64,000 nucleotides of DNA from an uncultured Spirochaetota bacterium (GCA_963783575.1 CAWAOD010000014.1:288001-352000); one strand, 5' to 3'. Counted from the stretch's first letter, positions 29,679 through 40,661 are shown. Made by a program: numbers and translations. Notes: generated from the sequence alone by a model not told the origin.

Positions 29679-31187
29679 TCAGGATTCTTCCGATTCCATC
29701 ATATAATTCGGGGCTTCTTTTGTAATGATAACATCATGAGGATGAGATTCCCTTAATGATGCTCCGGTAATTTTCATAAACCTGGTTCTGGATTTGAAAT
29801 CAGAAATTGTAGGCGTTCCGCAATATCCCATTGCGGATTTTAACCCGCCGATAAGCTGGTAGACCACATCTTTCAAATCTCCTTTATACGGTACTCTTCC
29901 CTCGATTCCTTCCGGTACCAGTTTCTCCGGTTCATAATCGTCCTGAAAATACCTGGATTTCGATCCTTCTTTCATTGCTCCCAGAGATCCCATTCCCCGG
30001 TATGATTTATACCTTCTTCCCTTATAAATCACAAATTCTCCGGGGCTTTCCGTAGTACCTGCAAGTAAATTGCCTATCATAACTGAATCGGCTCCCGCAG
30101 CTATTGCTTTCGCAATATCGCCGGAGTATTTTATCCCGCCGTCCGCAATAAGAGGTATGCCGTACTTTTTTGTGGCGGAATAAACATCCATAATAGCGGT
30201 AATCTGGGGAACGCCTATTCCGGCAACAACGCGGGTTGTACATATCGAACCGGGGCCTATTCCAACTTTAACCGCATCCGCTCCGGCTTCTATCAAATCT
30301 TCTGCGGCTTGCGCAGTCGCAATGTTTCCCGCAATAATATTCTGCCCCGGGTATTCTTTTCTTATAATTTTTAACATATCAATGACTTTTCTATTATGCC
30401 CATGCGCTGTATCTATAACAATAACATCAACCTCAGCCTCTATGAGCTTTCTCACCCTTTCCATCTCAATATCACCTGTTCCAACTGCTGCACCTACCCT
30501 GATCCGGCCATTTTCATCCTTGGTGGCATCCGGAAACTCGGCTATTTTAGTAATGTCTTTTAAAGTTATCAAACCGGTAATTTTATTGCTTTTATCAACT
30601 ATCGGAAGCTTTTCAACCCGTTTCTCCCTCATTATTTCGCTTGCTTTTTTTAAATCAACCTCGCCCTCATATGTTACCAGATATTTCCTTGGGGTCATAA
30701 TATCTTTAATAGGTTTTACCCCGCTTTTGTCCGATTCGAAAAAATCAAGATCGCGTCTTGTTATGATTCCCATTAATTCATTGTTTTCATTCACAACAGG
30801 AATTCCGGAAATGTGGTATTGGTGCATTACATCCCTTACATCCTTCACCTTTTTATCGATAGTAAGTACAATTGGATTTGATATGACAATGTTTTCAAAA
30901 CGTTTTACCTTTTTAACCTCTTCAACATGCTTCTCTATCGGAAAATTCCTATGTATTATTCCTATGCCTCCAAGCTGTCCGATAGCGATAGCCAGGTTTG
31001 ATTCGGTTACTGTATCCATTGCTGACGAAACAATCGGGATCTTCAATTTAATATTTTTAGTAAGGTACGATGCTGTATTTGCTTGAGTAGGAATAACTGA
31101 TGACTTGTTCGGTATGATCAATATATCGTCAAAAGTCAATCCCTCACGCTGTGTATAAAACTTATTATTAATATATTCTTCTTCCAT
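29679..31187 (-). CDS. guaB: IMP dehydrogenase
   Basis: [16 protein letters not shown] pair, [10 protein letters not shown]. Confidence 0.98.
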   Translation of the reverse strand: MEEEYINNKFYTQREGLTFDDILIIPNKSSVIPTQANTASYLTKNIKLKIPIVSSAMDTVTESNLAIAIGQLGGIGIIHRNFPIEKHVEEVKKVKRFENIVISNPIVLTIDKKVKDVRDVMHQYHISGIPVVNENNELMGIITRRDLDFFESDKSGVKPIKDIMTPRKYLVTYEGEVDLKKASEIMREKRVEKLPIVDKSNKITGLITLKDITKIAEFPDATKDENGRIRVGAAVGTGDIEMERVRKLIEAEVDVIVIDTAHGHNRKVIDMLKIIRKEYPGQNIIAGNIATAQAAEDLIEAGADAVKVGIGPGSICTTRVVAGIGVPQITAIMDVYSATKKYGIPLIADGGIKYSGDIAKAIAAGADSVMIGNLLAGTTESPGEFVIYKGRRYKSYRGMGSLGAMKEGSKSRYFQDDYEPEKLVPEGIEGRVPYKGDLKDVVYQLIGGLKSAMGYCGTPTISDFKSRTRFMKITGASLRESHPHDVIITKEAPNYMMESEES

Positions 31188-31234
31188 ATTTTCCCTCCAA
31201 TTATAGTCACTAGCCGCCTCATTAGCTTTATGAA

Positions 31235-32029
31235 CTAATTCAGGCCCAAAACATCTTCAATCTTATATAAACCCTTACCATTTTTAACAATATACTTTGC
31301 GGCTTTTACGGCACCTCTTGCCAATGTTTCACGGGAGGTCAACTTATGGGTAATCTCAATTCTTTCACCGATACCAAGAAAATTGACGGTATGGTCGCCG
31401 ACAATGTCTCCGCCCCTGATTGCTGACATGCCGATTTGTTTGCCAGGCCTTTCACCGGTAATTCCTTCCCTGCCGTATATCACGTCATTGGTATGATAAA
31501 CCTCTTTTAATATATTGAGAAGCTTTATCGCTGTACCGCTCGGTGCGTCTTTTTTCAACCTGTGGTGGGCTTCCACTATTTCAACATCAAAGCCTTCGTC
31601 CAGTATTTCTGCAGCAAGGCGGGTCAATTTTGCAATAAGGTTAACACCGATGCTGTAATTCGGTGACCAGATTACAGGTATCAATTTTCCCGCTTCCCGG
31701 ATTAAATTCATTACTTTATCATCCAGGCCTGTTGTTCCAATAACAAGGGCTATTTTATTATTAACTGCGATTTCTATATTTTTTTCTGAAGCCTTCGGTG
31801 ATGAAAAATCTATTATTGCATCGCATTCAGTGGCATATATTTCGGGATTGCCGGTTATAGCAATACCAATATTTCCAATACCGGCAAAAATGCCGGCATC
31901 CATCCCGATATATTGCGAATCTGCGGCTTCAAGAGCTCCGGCTAGCTTTAATTCCTTATCCCCTTCAATAACTTTGATTACAGTTATTCCCATTTTGCCC
32001 GCTGCGCCGGTAACGGCAATTCTCAGCAT
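31235..32029 (-). CDS. dapB: 4-hydroxy-tetrahydrodipicolinate reductase
   Basis: GAAGKMG, EAHHRLKKDAPSGTA. Confidence 0.97.
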   Translation of the reverse strand: MLRIAVTGAAGKMGITVIKVIEGDKELKLAGALEAADSQYIGMDAGIFAGIGNIGIAITGNPEIYATECDAIIDFSSPKASEKNIEIAVNNKIALVIGTTGLDDKVMNLIREAGKLIPVIWSPNYSIGVNLIAKLTRLAAEILDEGFDVEIVEAHHRLKKDAPSGTAIKLLNILKEVYHTNDVIYGREGITGERPGKQIGMSAIRGGDIVGDHTVNFLGIGERIEITHKLTSRETLARGAVKAAKYIVKNGKGLYKIEDVLGLN

Positions 32030-32164
32030 ATTTTGCTCCCAAAAAATAATAAACTAAGTTTAATATTAAAACGATCAATTTAAGTTTAAATTATAAAGAA
32101 CAAATGTCAATAAATCAATTACTTATCACGACACATTGTGATAAAATTTCATAATTGAATAATG

Positions 32165-33895
32165 TTATTTTTTTAAAATGGTAATCTTTTGTATTTCTTT
32201 TTTCCTCGTATCTTTTTCAACAAAAATCTCTTCTCCTGTAAAAGGGTCAATGCCGGTATAGTGCATAAGTGCGGAATATGTGGAAGGCGTGGGCATGAAT
32301 ATTTGAACCTGTTCAGGGTTGATATGAAGCCGGTTTTTTAGCAGTAACAATAATTTCTGCATATCTTTTTGAGTGCAGCCTGGATGAGCGGCAATAAAAT
32401 AATAAGTCAGGAATTGATTTTTTCCATATTTTTGATTAGTCAGGTCGAATATTTTCTTAAATTCCAACAGAATATCGATATCGGGTTTACCCATCATTTT
32501 TAGTATATTATCCTCGCTGTGTTCCGGTGCTACTTTCAACTGACCTGAAATATGGTAATTGATTAATTCAGTCAAATATTCAATTCCGTATGCTTTATCT
32601 TCCAAAATCATATCGTATCTGACACCGGAGTTAACAAAAGCCTTTTTTAAGGGTTTTCCCATGACTTCAAAATTGCGAATTTCATTCAAAAGTTCGATTT
32701 GCTTTTGATGACTGATATTTAAATTGACGCAAATATCGGGATACAGGCATCTTTTGTCAATGCAGTGAAATTGAGCCTTCTGATTATCAGTCATTTTTCC
32801 GTATTTCATACAACCGGTACCGTACATATTTGCCGTTGGGCCTCCGACATCCTGAATATAACCCTTGAAATCGGGAAGTTTCATAATACCGGATATTTCT
32901 TTTAAAATTGAAGATTTACTACGATCAGAAATAATTCTTCCTTGATGGACGGTAATCGAACAGAAGTTGCATTCGCCGTAGCATCCCCGGTGTGTTGTTA
33001 CAGAAAACCTTATTGTATCAAGAGCCCTGACTTCTCCTGATTTGTTGTAGTATGGATGTAAATTTCTTTCATAATCCAGTTCATAAACCGAATCCAGCTC
33101 TTCCCGGCTTAGTAATTCTGCGGGAGAATTTTGTATAAGCCACCGACTGCCCGTTTTTTGGATAAGGCCTTTCGATGAAAATCCGTCATTATTTTGATAA
33201 AATTTATTAAACATTTCTATAAACAATTTTTTATTTTCCGAAGCTTCCTCAAATGACGGAAGATTAATATAACCCATCTTCTCGATCTTATCGGAATCAT
33301 TTTCAATATAGCTTATTCCTTTGATACCACGGTAATCCTCGTTATTCTTTAATTTATGCGCCAGTTCAAGAACAGCTTTCTCCCCCATCCCGTAAACAAT
33401 GATATCCGCTTTTGCATCAAAAAGAATTGGCCTGCGGATACAATCGTCCCAGTAATCGTAATGGCTGATACGCCGTAGACTGGCCTCCAGCCCTCCGAGA
33501 ACAAGCGGTTTTGTGTTTTTAAAATATCTTCTTATTAGATTGGAATAAACGATAACGGCACGATCAGGCCTTCTATTGTTGATTCCCCCGGGGGTTAAAT
33601 CATCCTTAAGGCGTTTTTTCTTTAATGCTGTATAGTTTGAAACCATCGAATCCATGCATCCGCCAGTGATGCCCCAGAAAAGCCCCGGTTCTCCCAGCCT
33701 TGTAATATCGGCCGGGCTTCCGGTATCCGGCTGAGCGATTATTCCAACGCGGTAACCCGCTTTAAGAAGGACTTTTCCTATTACAGCGGCGCCGATATGA
33801 GGGCTATCGATATATGCATCACCGGTTACTATAATAATATCAAGGTTTTCCCACCCAAGTTCAATGATTTCTTCTTTTGTTGTTGGTATATACAT
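32165..33895 (-). CDS. ygiQ: YgiQ-family radical SAM protein
   Basis: GDAYIDSP, RGCYGECNFC, HQGR, DVGGPTANMY; probable start MYIPTTKEE at 33895. Confidence 0.9.
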   Translation of the reverse strand: MYIPTTKEEIIELGWENLDIIIVTGDAYIDSPHIGAAVIGKVLLKAGYRVGIIAQPDTGSPADITRLGEPGLFWGITGGCMDSMVSNYTALKKKRLKDDLTPGGINNRRPDRAVIVYSNLIRRYFKNTKPLVLGGLEASLRRISHYDYWDDCIRRPILFDAKADIIVYGMGEKAVLELAHKLKNNEDYRGIKGISYIENDSDKIEKMGYINLPSFEEASENKKLFIEMFNKFYQNNDGFSSKGLIQKTGSRWLIQNSPAELLSREELDSVYELDYERNLHPYYNKSGEVRALDTIRFSVTTHRGCYGECNFCSITVHQGRIISDRSKSSILKEISGIMKLPDFKGYIQDVGGPTANMYGTGCMKYGKMTDNQKAQFHCIDKRCLYPDICVNLNISHQKQIELLNEIRNFEVMGKPLKKAFVNSGVRYDMILEDKAYGIEYLTELINYHISGQLKVAPEHSEDNILKMMGKPDIDILLEFKKIFDLTNQKYGKNQFLTYYFIAAHPGCTQKDMQKLLLLLKNRLHINPEQVQIFMPTPSTYSALMHYTGIDPFTGEEIFVEKDTRKKEIQKITILKK

Positions 33896-34129
33896 GAATC
33901 CTGTTTCCTGCCGGTTCGAACTGCCAATAATTATAGCATAAAAGAGCATATGCCACAAATAATCAATTCTCTCAGTTTTACTGATTTCCAAATAAAGCCG
34001 ACCTGTACCGCACAATGCGGTATGGAACGTCAGTTCTTCGAACCCAAACAACAATTGGTACAGGATGCGCTTGTTAATTTTCTTTATTATGAATGATATT
34101 TATTTTCATTATTTTCCGATGATTAATAA

Positions 34130-36022
34130 ATGACTTATAAATATTTATTATTTTTTTTTATAATATTATCAATATCCTCAAGATTGGATTTTGCCGCAGA
34201 AGTAAAGAATACTGTTGAAGAAATGAACTATCCTGTTCTTGAACCGGATGGACATAAAGCAAAGATTAATAAAATCATCTTTACAGATGATGAAAAATAT
34301 CTTGTTTCCTGTAGTGATGATAAAACAATCAGGGTCTGGAATATTGAAACAGGTGAAAATGTTCGTACATTCCGCGGTTTTGTAGTCGAAGGATATACGG
34401 GAATGGTTTATTCAATTGCATTATCACCGGACAACCGCTATATTGCCGCAGGAGGATGGTTCCCGGAAGACAGCGTGAGGATTTATGATTTTAATAGCGG
34501 TAATATTGTCAAAATCCTTAGGGGCAACAAAGATGTTCTTCATAATCTTTCATTTTCCAGTGATGGAAGATATCTTGCTTCATGCGCGCATGACGGCAGC
34601 GTGCTTGTCTGGAATATCGATGCAGCCACGATCGGGAATTCAAAACTTCTTTATAACTTTCACCGGCAAAATAAGCCGGTTTATAATATTTCTTTTAACT
34701 CTAACAGCAGTCTTCTGGCTTCAGCATCTTATGACCATTCAATCATAATATGGGACCTCAACAGCGGAAATCCGGTTCAGATTATAACAAATGTTTTTAC
34801 AAATGAGGTATATGGTGCCGAATTCTCACCATCTGAAACAATTTTTGCAGCTTCAGGTTTTGATGGGACCGTAAGGCTTTTTAATTTTAACGAAGCTGCA
34901 AAGAATATAAATTTACCCGGTAAAATCATCAGTCAAGTCAATTTGAATTACACCCAGGAAATTAAGTTTATCCCTGATAGTAAATATCTCCTTTACAGCG
35001 GTTCTTATTCAATGAAAGACAATGATCAATGGTTTTTCCCCATTTTTTTCTACAATGTTGAAACAGGTAAAACCGATAAAATGTTTTTAATGCATAATAA
35101 TACTGTAAGATCGATCGCTGTTTCAAAAAGCGGAAGTTGGATTGCATCTACAGGCGGTAATGATAATGAAATTTATATTTATGATAAAAACCTTGAAATC
35201 AAAAGAAAAATAGCCGGGAGCGGAAAATCGGTTTTTTCTGTTGCCTTCGGTAACGATAATGGAAAAATCTATTTCGGTACGAAGAATGATGGTAAGACTT
35301 ATTTAGCCGAAAGTACCATCGATAAGTCATTTTCTTTTATGGATTTCGTGCTTCAGAACGGCTCAGACAGTTATTACCATAGGATTTATACTTTAAGCGG
35401 TAACAGATTTTTTAATTTTGAATTCAAACTTTTCAACGGGACAATTTTCATCGGAAGCAATATTATAACACTGCCGGACAGCTATGACACAATCCGATGT
35501 TACAGCCTGACTCCCGATGGTAAATTCGCTATAATCGGGTCGGATTTTAAACTTGCAAAAGCGGATGCAGAAACCGGGAAAATTATCGGCTTTTTTACAG
35601 GGCATGAAGGCCCGGTCTGGAGCATTAGCGTAAGCCTTAACGGTAAATACATGGCGTCTGGTTCGGACGACCAGACTATCAAAATCTGGGATTTAGAAAA
35701 CATGAAGCTTATAACAACGCTATTTGTCAGTACAGGCGGAGAATGGATAATCTGGACAACGGAAGGCTTTTTTTACTGCAGTAAAAACGCGGCAAGATTC
35801 CTTAAAATTATACATAATCAGGGATACGACAAAGAATCTATTGTTGAAAGCGCAGATTCTGAAAGTTATACAAAGAAATATTACCAGCCCGAAAAAATAA
35901 AAAGTCTTCTGTCGGATGTATTCAAGTTTAAAGTTGACACAATAACTCCTGCCTTTAAAAAAGAAGAGAAAATAACAAACAGCAGGGAAGACATCATCCC
36001 CGACAACCTCCCCGATTTTTAA
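34130..36022 (+). CDS. Secreted WD40-repeat beta-propeller protein
   Basis: Signal peptide; repeated GH..V..V.FS.DG.YLAS.S.D.TI.IWD units. Confidence 0.9.
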   Translation: MTYKYLLFFFIILSISSRLDFAAEVKNTVEEMNYPVLEPDGHKAKINKIIFTDDEKYLVSCSDDKTIRVWNIETGENVRTFRGFVVEGYTGMVYSIALSPDNRYIAAGGWFPEDSVRIYDFNSGNIVKILRGNKDVLHNLSFSSDGRYLASCAHDGSVLVWNIDAATIGNSKLLYNFHRQNKPVYNISFNSNSSLLASASYDHSIIIWDLNSGNPVQIITNVFTNEVYGAEFSPSETIFAASGFDGTVRLFNFNEAAKNINLPGKIISQVNLNYTQEIKFIPDSKYLLYSGSYSMKDNDQWFFPIFFYNVETGKTDKMFLMHNNTVRSIAVSKSGSWIASTGGNDNEIYIYDKNLEIKRKIAGSGKSVFSVAFGNDNGKIYFGTKNDGKTYLAESTIDKSFSFMDFVLQNGSDSYYHRIYTLSGNRFFNFEFKLFNGTIFIGSNIITLPDSYDTIRCYSLTPDGKFAIIGSDFKLAKADAETGKIIGFFTGHEGPVWSISVSLNGKYMASGSDDQTIKIWDLENMKLITTLFVSTGGEWIIWTTEGFFYCSKNAARFLKIIHNQGYDKESIVESADSESYTKKYYQPEKIKSLLSDVFKFKVDTITPAFKKEEKITNSREDIIPDNLPDF

Positions 36023-36824
36023 CAAGCGTGCCGCTTGATCCAAATGAAAAAGAAGAAGCCCAATTAATTGCTGTTTTATTGAAATTTCTCCAGTTAAGTT
36101 CTCCGCTGAACCAATCATCAATATTATTTTTCATTTTAATATTAACCCATTTGTTATGAACATAATATTTACTTTATAAGACCGAAAACCGGTCATTATT
36201 GATTCCATAAGGAAATTACCGTCGCTAATCCAGTAACCTCTCATAAAAGATGAATAATTTGTATAATCTTTTTTTATGTAGTTTCCCTCCAGTCCGATCT
36301 GGTAATCTAAAGATTCATGAGTAGGACCTCCTACTAAATTGAGGACGCACTCATTAGTATTAAAAGAAAATCTAATATACATTATATTCTAGTTATTTGT
36401 ATTCATTTTTATTTGTTTACCGGATATCATTCCGGTAATATCTTGAAGATAAAACGAATATATAGGCAGGTTGAATATGTTTGTCACAGGTATATTTATT
36501 GATCATAACTACTGAAGAATGAGTTGCTGGTTTTATTAACCGACGGTGTGATTGAGCAGATTGGCAAGGATGGTAGGGAATACCCGCTTTCAAGGCATGA
36601 AAATAAGACCTGAATGACATAAAAATTTTCCGATCCGGCCAGCCTCAAAATGACGATATAACATTTATTTTACTGAAAAATACAAACAAAAATATTCATC
36701 GGCAAATTTAAAAATCAGACAAAAAAATCCTCTGTATTAAAATTATACTATTACAGGTATTCCCTATATCCTGAAATTTGATTATAATTATAGAAATAGA
36801 TCGGTATTATATTTGGAGCGCCTT

Positions 36825-37271
36825 ATGTTTATTATTAAAATTATTTTTGAAATTCTGTTGATTATCTGGCAGATTCCCCAGCTCCTTATTTCATTAATCC
36901 CGCTTTCGATATTCTTCTTTACAAAAAAAATAAACAGGGTGGAACACTATAAAAGCAGTTTCCTTTTATTCATTAATCTGAATGAGAATGTCGGGGCTTT
37001 TTGCTACGGAAAATTCATTTTTATAAGGGACGGGATGAGTGCAAAAGATCAAAATGAAGTTTCAAGGCATGAATATGGGCACAGTATTCAATCGATGATC
37101 CTGGGCCCTTTTTATATTTTTGCAGTCATTGTTCCATCAATATTCCGGTTTGTTAAGTATTATAAAATGGCCCTCAAAGCCGGTTCAAAAAACGACTATG
37201 ACAATATCTGGGCGGATTACTACAAAGGCTATCCCGAGGACTGGGCAGATAAACTGGGCGGAAATTCATAA
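36825..37271 (+). CDS. Small membrane protein with HEXXH (possible Zn metallopeptidase)
   Basis: RHEYGHSIQS..LGPFY..E.WAD.LG. Confidence 0.6.
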   Translation: MFIIKIIFEILLIIWQIPQLLISLIPLSIFFFTKKINRVEHYKSSFLLFINLNENVGAFCYGKFIFIRDGMSAKDQNEVSRHEYGHSIQSMILGPFYIFAVIVPSIFRFVKYYKMALKAGSKNDYDNIWADYYKGYPEDWADKLGGNS

Positions 37272-37331
37272 GTTGCCTTCTCTTGACAGAATCACATACT
37301 TGGAATTAATATATAATCAACGGAGAATAAT

Positions 37332-37766
37332 GTGAAAAAAGACAATATCAGCGAGATATACTCAGCCCTTGATACGGCAAGGATCGAACTGCCAGAATAT
37401 ATAACAAGGATTTCCGCGGGTTTTCCATCGCCGGCAGACGATTATGTGGATAGAAAGCTGGATTTGAACGAATTCCTTATACGTCATCCGGCCGCCACAT
37501 TTTATGTAAGGGTGATCGGCGATTCGATGAAGAACGCTGGAATAAACTCCGGCGATCTTATCATTGTGGACAGGGCTATTGAAGCAGCAAACAACAGGAT
37601 CGTTCTTGCCGTCGTAAACGGAGAGTTCACTGTTAAGAGATTCGTTACCAGGGATAAAAAAGTTTTCCTTGTTCCAGAAAACCCGGATTATAATGAAATA
37701 ATTGTGACAGAGGATATGCAGTTTGAGGTCTGGGGCGTTGTCACAAACGTAATCCACGAGGTGTAG
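37332..37766 (+). CDS. umuD: DNA polymerase V accessory subunit (S24 peptidase)
   Basis: ISAGFPSPADDY, VIGDSM, FTVKR. Confidence 0.95.
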   Translation: MKKDNISEIYSALDTARIELPEYITRISAGFPSPADDYVDRKLDLNEFLIRHPAATFYVRVIGDSMKNAGINSGDLIIVDRAIEAANNRIVLAVVNGEFTVKRFVTRDKKVFLVPENPDYNEIIVTEDMQFEVWGVVTNVIHEV

Positions 37767-37770
37767 CGGT

Positions 37771-38451
37771 ATGTGCGGAAGATTCGCCCAGTTCAACCAG
37801 GGTATCGAGGGAAAATTCCAGGCCAAACCTAAGAAAAATACCGGAGAGCTTTTATTTAATTTCAATTACGCGCCCGGCAATAATATAAAGGCGATAGTCA
37901 AAGAGGGCGAGCGGTATATTGTTAATTACAAATGGGGTTTAACCGCAGACTGGACTATCCAAAAAAAACTAAATATTATAAATATCCGAAGCGATACACT
38001 AACAGAAAAAAACTCATTCCAGGATTTATTCAGGAATAAACGCTGTCTTATTATCGCCGACGGCTTCTACGAGTGGAAAAAAAGCGAATCCGGCAAAATT
38101 CCTTATTATATAACAATGAGGAATAAAGAAACTTTCGCTTTTGCCGGATTATGGAACAGCTGGATAAATACCGCCGGTATAGAAATTTTGTCCTGCGCAA
38201 TAATAACGACAGGCGCCAACGAGCTAGTCAGGAGAATCCATGATCGTATGCCGGTTATAATTCCGGAATCAGGCTATGACTTCTGGCTTGACAATACATC
38301 GTTCAATAAGGAAAAACTTGAGGTTTTGCTTGCACCTTGCGATCCGCAGCTGATGGATATGTACGAGGTCTCAGGTAAGGTAAATTATATAAAAACAAGC
38401 ACATCCGATTTAATCCAGCCTGTTAAAAACGATAATTTATTCCAGGATTAA
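37771..38451 (+). CDS. SOS response-associated peptidase (SRAP/HMCES/YedK)
   Basis: MCGRF N-terminus, RCLIIADGFYEW, IHDRMPVI. Confidence 0.93.
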   Translation: MCGRFAQFNQGIEGKFQAKPKKNTGELLFNFNYAPGNNIKAIVKEGERYIVNYKWGLTADWTIQKKLNIINIRSDTLTEKNSFQDLFRNKRCLIIADGFYEWKKSESGKIPYYITMRNKETFAFAGLWNSWINTAGIEILSCAIITTGANELVRRIHDRMPVIIPESGYDFWLDNTSFNKEKLEVLLAPCDPQLMDMYEVSGKVNYIKTSTSDLIQPVKNDNLFQD

Positions 38452-38453
38452 AA

Positions 38454-39737
38454 ATGAATAATATAAAGAAACATATATTCGCTCTGGTAGACTGCAATAA
38501 TTTTTACGCTTCCTGTGAAAGGGTTTTCAATCCAGCTATTGAAAAAAAGCCTGTTGTAATAATGTCAAATAACGACGGATGCGCCGTCGCCATGTCGAAC
38601 GAGGCCAAGACCATCGGAATAAAGATCGGAACGCCTATATTCCAGATGCAGGAACTTGTAAAAAAATACGACATTCAGGTTTATTCCTCAAATTACGCTT
38701 TATATGGAGATATGTCCAGCCGCGTTATGAATGTGATATCCGAATTCTCTCCGACTGTTGAGTTTTATTCGATCGACGAAAGCTTCCTGCTGCTTGATGG
38801 AATTAACTGTGATATGAATAATTACGGAAGAAAGATCAAAAAAACCGTAAAACAGTGGACGGGTATTCCTGTTTCCGTAGGGATCGCAGGAACAAAGACC
38901 CTTGCCAAAATCGCCAACAGGATCGCGAAGAAAGATGCCCAGTATAACGGTGTTCTTGATCTGACCGCCCACGCCGATATCGATGATTTTTTGAAAAAGG
39001 TCGCTGTTGAGGATGTCTGGGGAGTAGGATGGCAGAATACTAAAAAACTCAACAATTATGGCATACATACAGCCCTCGAACTGAAAAACGCCCCTGATCC
39101 CTGGATACGCCAGTACCTTGGCGGAATTGTAGGCTTGCGAACCATCTGGGAACTCCGCGGTATTTCCTGTATAACGCTTGAACTCGTCAGATCAGACAAA
39201 AAGCAGATCATATCCTCGAGGTCATTCGGAAAAATGGTGACTTCCATTGACGGATTGATTGAAGCCGTTTCAACCTACACAACGCGGGCAGCGGAAAAAT
39301 TACGAAGGCAGAATTCCCTTGCCGCAGAGTTGCAGTTATTTATCGGCACAAACCGTTTCAAGGACGAACCCCAGTATTTCAACACAGCGTCGTACAGCCT
39401 CCCTAACCCGACTTCCTATACACCGGAGCTGATAAGCCACGCCGTAAGCCTTCTTCAGAAGATTTACAGGGAAGGTTTCAGGTACAAAAAAGCCGGAATT
39501 GTTTTGTCAGAGATCATCCCCGAAAAGGAAGCGCAGGAAAGCCTCTTTTTTAACCGGGAAGCCTTTGAAAAAAAAGCCGGCCTGATGGACACGGTCGACC
39601 GCCTGAACACGAAATATGGGAGTAATACTCTTACCTACGCCAGCAGCGGCCTTGTGAATCCCTGGCAGATGCGCAGGGAAAGCCTTTCCTTCCGGTATAC
39701 AACCCACTGGAACGAAATACCGGTTGTGTTTATATGA
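38454..39737 (+). CDS. umuC: Y-family DNA polymerase V catalytic subunit
   Basis: LVDCNNFYASCE, SNNDGC, YSIDE, WQMRRE..YTT.W. Confidence 0.95.
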   Translation: MNNIKKHIFALVDCNNFYASCERVFNPAIEKKPVVIMSNNDGCAVAMSNEAKTIGIKIGTPIFQMQELVKKYDIQVYSSNYALYGDMSSRVMNVISEFSPTVEFYSIDESFLLLDGINCDMNNYGRKIKKTVKQWTGIPVSVGIAGTKTLAKIANRIAKKDAQYNGVLDLTAHADIDDFLKKVAVEDVWGVGWQNTKKLNNYGIHTALELKNAPDPWIRQYLGGIVGLRTIWELRGISCITLELVRSDKKQIISSRSFGKMVTSIDGLIEAVSTYTTRAAEKLRRQNSLAAELQLFIGTNRFKDEPQYFNTASYSLPNPTSYTPELISHAVSLLQKIYREGFRYKKAGIVLSEIIPEKEAQESLFFNREAFEKKAGLMDTVDRLNTKYGSNTLTYASSGLVNPWQMRRESLSFRYTTHWNEIPVVFI

Positions 39738-39915
39738 TCTTTTCTTTTACTGAAATTCAAATTTACCACAGAGGCACGGAGGTTTGGTATTAGTTTGCTG
39801 GTTAATAAAATAATAATGTTTTGCCTATCCCCAAATCTTACTTGCCCCCCGCAGCATTAACGCCATTTCTGATTGAGCCTATATTTGGATAAAAATGAAT
39901 CTTGGTATAAAAATC

Positions 39916-40056
39916 GTTGTTATTCAACATTAACATAGTCTAAACAAGCTTGAGGGTTTTGTCACGACGACAAAAACCGAGGAATCAGTACAAGGAAGTA
40001 CTGATGACTAGGCGGTAATTAAAAAGAGACGTTTGAGAAAAATGTTGAATAACAAC
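39916..40056. mobile_element. 141-bp MITE-like element with 16-bp terminal inverted repeats
   Basis: GTTGTTATTCAACATT / AATGTTGAATAACAAC plus internal hairpins. Confidence 0.55.
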
Positions 40057-40121
40057 ACCTTAATAATTAAAAACCGCTTCACATGAAATGGTGTTCATGC
40101 GAAGGGGCGATTCTTTCTCTG

Positions 40122-40186
40122 ATTACTCTCTTTCTGATCGTTCAGAAAGAGAGTAATAAAGCCACCTTGCCGTGGCTTTACGGCAA
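40122..40186. repeat. Perfect 16-bp hairpin followed by a second hairpin or pseudoknot
   Basis: ATTACTCTCTTTCTGA-tcgt-TCAGAAAGAGAGTAAT; TAAAGCCAC-cttgcc-GTGGCTTTA-cGGCAA. Confidence 0.6.
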
Positions 40187-40263
40187 AATTATTCATAAAT
40201 TTGTTGACTATCAAATATAATATGATTATTTTTCCTTTAAAAAGAACAATATAGGGGGACATT

Positions 40264-40410
40264 ATGAAAGCTATCGATCCCGTATGCAAGATGGAAGTAG
40301 ATACCGATACGAATTTAAAGACCGAATACGAAGAACAAACTTATTACTTCTGTTCAAAAGGCTGCATGGATGATTTTACTGAGAACCCGGAAGAGTATTT
40401 AAAAGAATAA
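40264..40410 (+). CDS. YHS/TRASH-domain small metal-binding protein (48 aa)
   Basis: Hand translation MKAIDPVCKMEVD..YYFCSKGCMDDFTENPEEY; GGGGGA RBS; too short for the ORF track. Confidence 0.85.
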   Translation: MKAIDPVCKMEVDTDTNLKTEYEEQTYYFCSKGCMDDFTENPEEYLKE

Positions 40411-40661
40411 TTATAATAAGAATTATATATTTCCATTTAAAATTTTTCAATTCGCAATAATTCAATTATGTTTCTTATGTTTATGTTAATTTTAGATTAC
40501 TTCCGATCAAAAATCATTCTAATCCTTTTTTAATTTCTATGTTTTACTAATTATTTTTAATAAACAACTCCGAGCTTATTAAAAGCAAATTGAATATTGT
40601 CCATTGACTTCTTCATTAAAATATGATTAATTTTTTATTATAAAACAATAGGGGAAATTTT

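Noticed and set aside
30322..31086. 254-aa + strand ORF
   Set aside because: Antisense shadow of guaB.
32137..32155. TTGTGATAAAATTTCATAA as a Rex box
   Set aside because: Spacer is one base too long, with mismatches, and dapB is not an expected target.
34025..34036. GAAC-N4-GTTC as a LexA box
   Set aside because: No matching box upstream of umuD, and the LexA motif of this lineage is unknown.
33896..34054. 53-aa N-terminal extension of ygiQ in the ORF track
   Set aside because: Family similarity starts at MYIPTT; the extension contains a TGnTATAAT promoter-like sequence on the - strand.
36131..36660. Short - strand ORFs
   Set aside because: Probably decayed gene fragments; no family assignable by eye.
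39765..39781. ACCACAGAGGCACGGAG resembling repeats seen near GxxExxY genes
   Set aside because: Single copy with no associated gene; too short to support.
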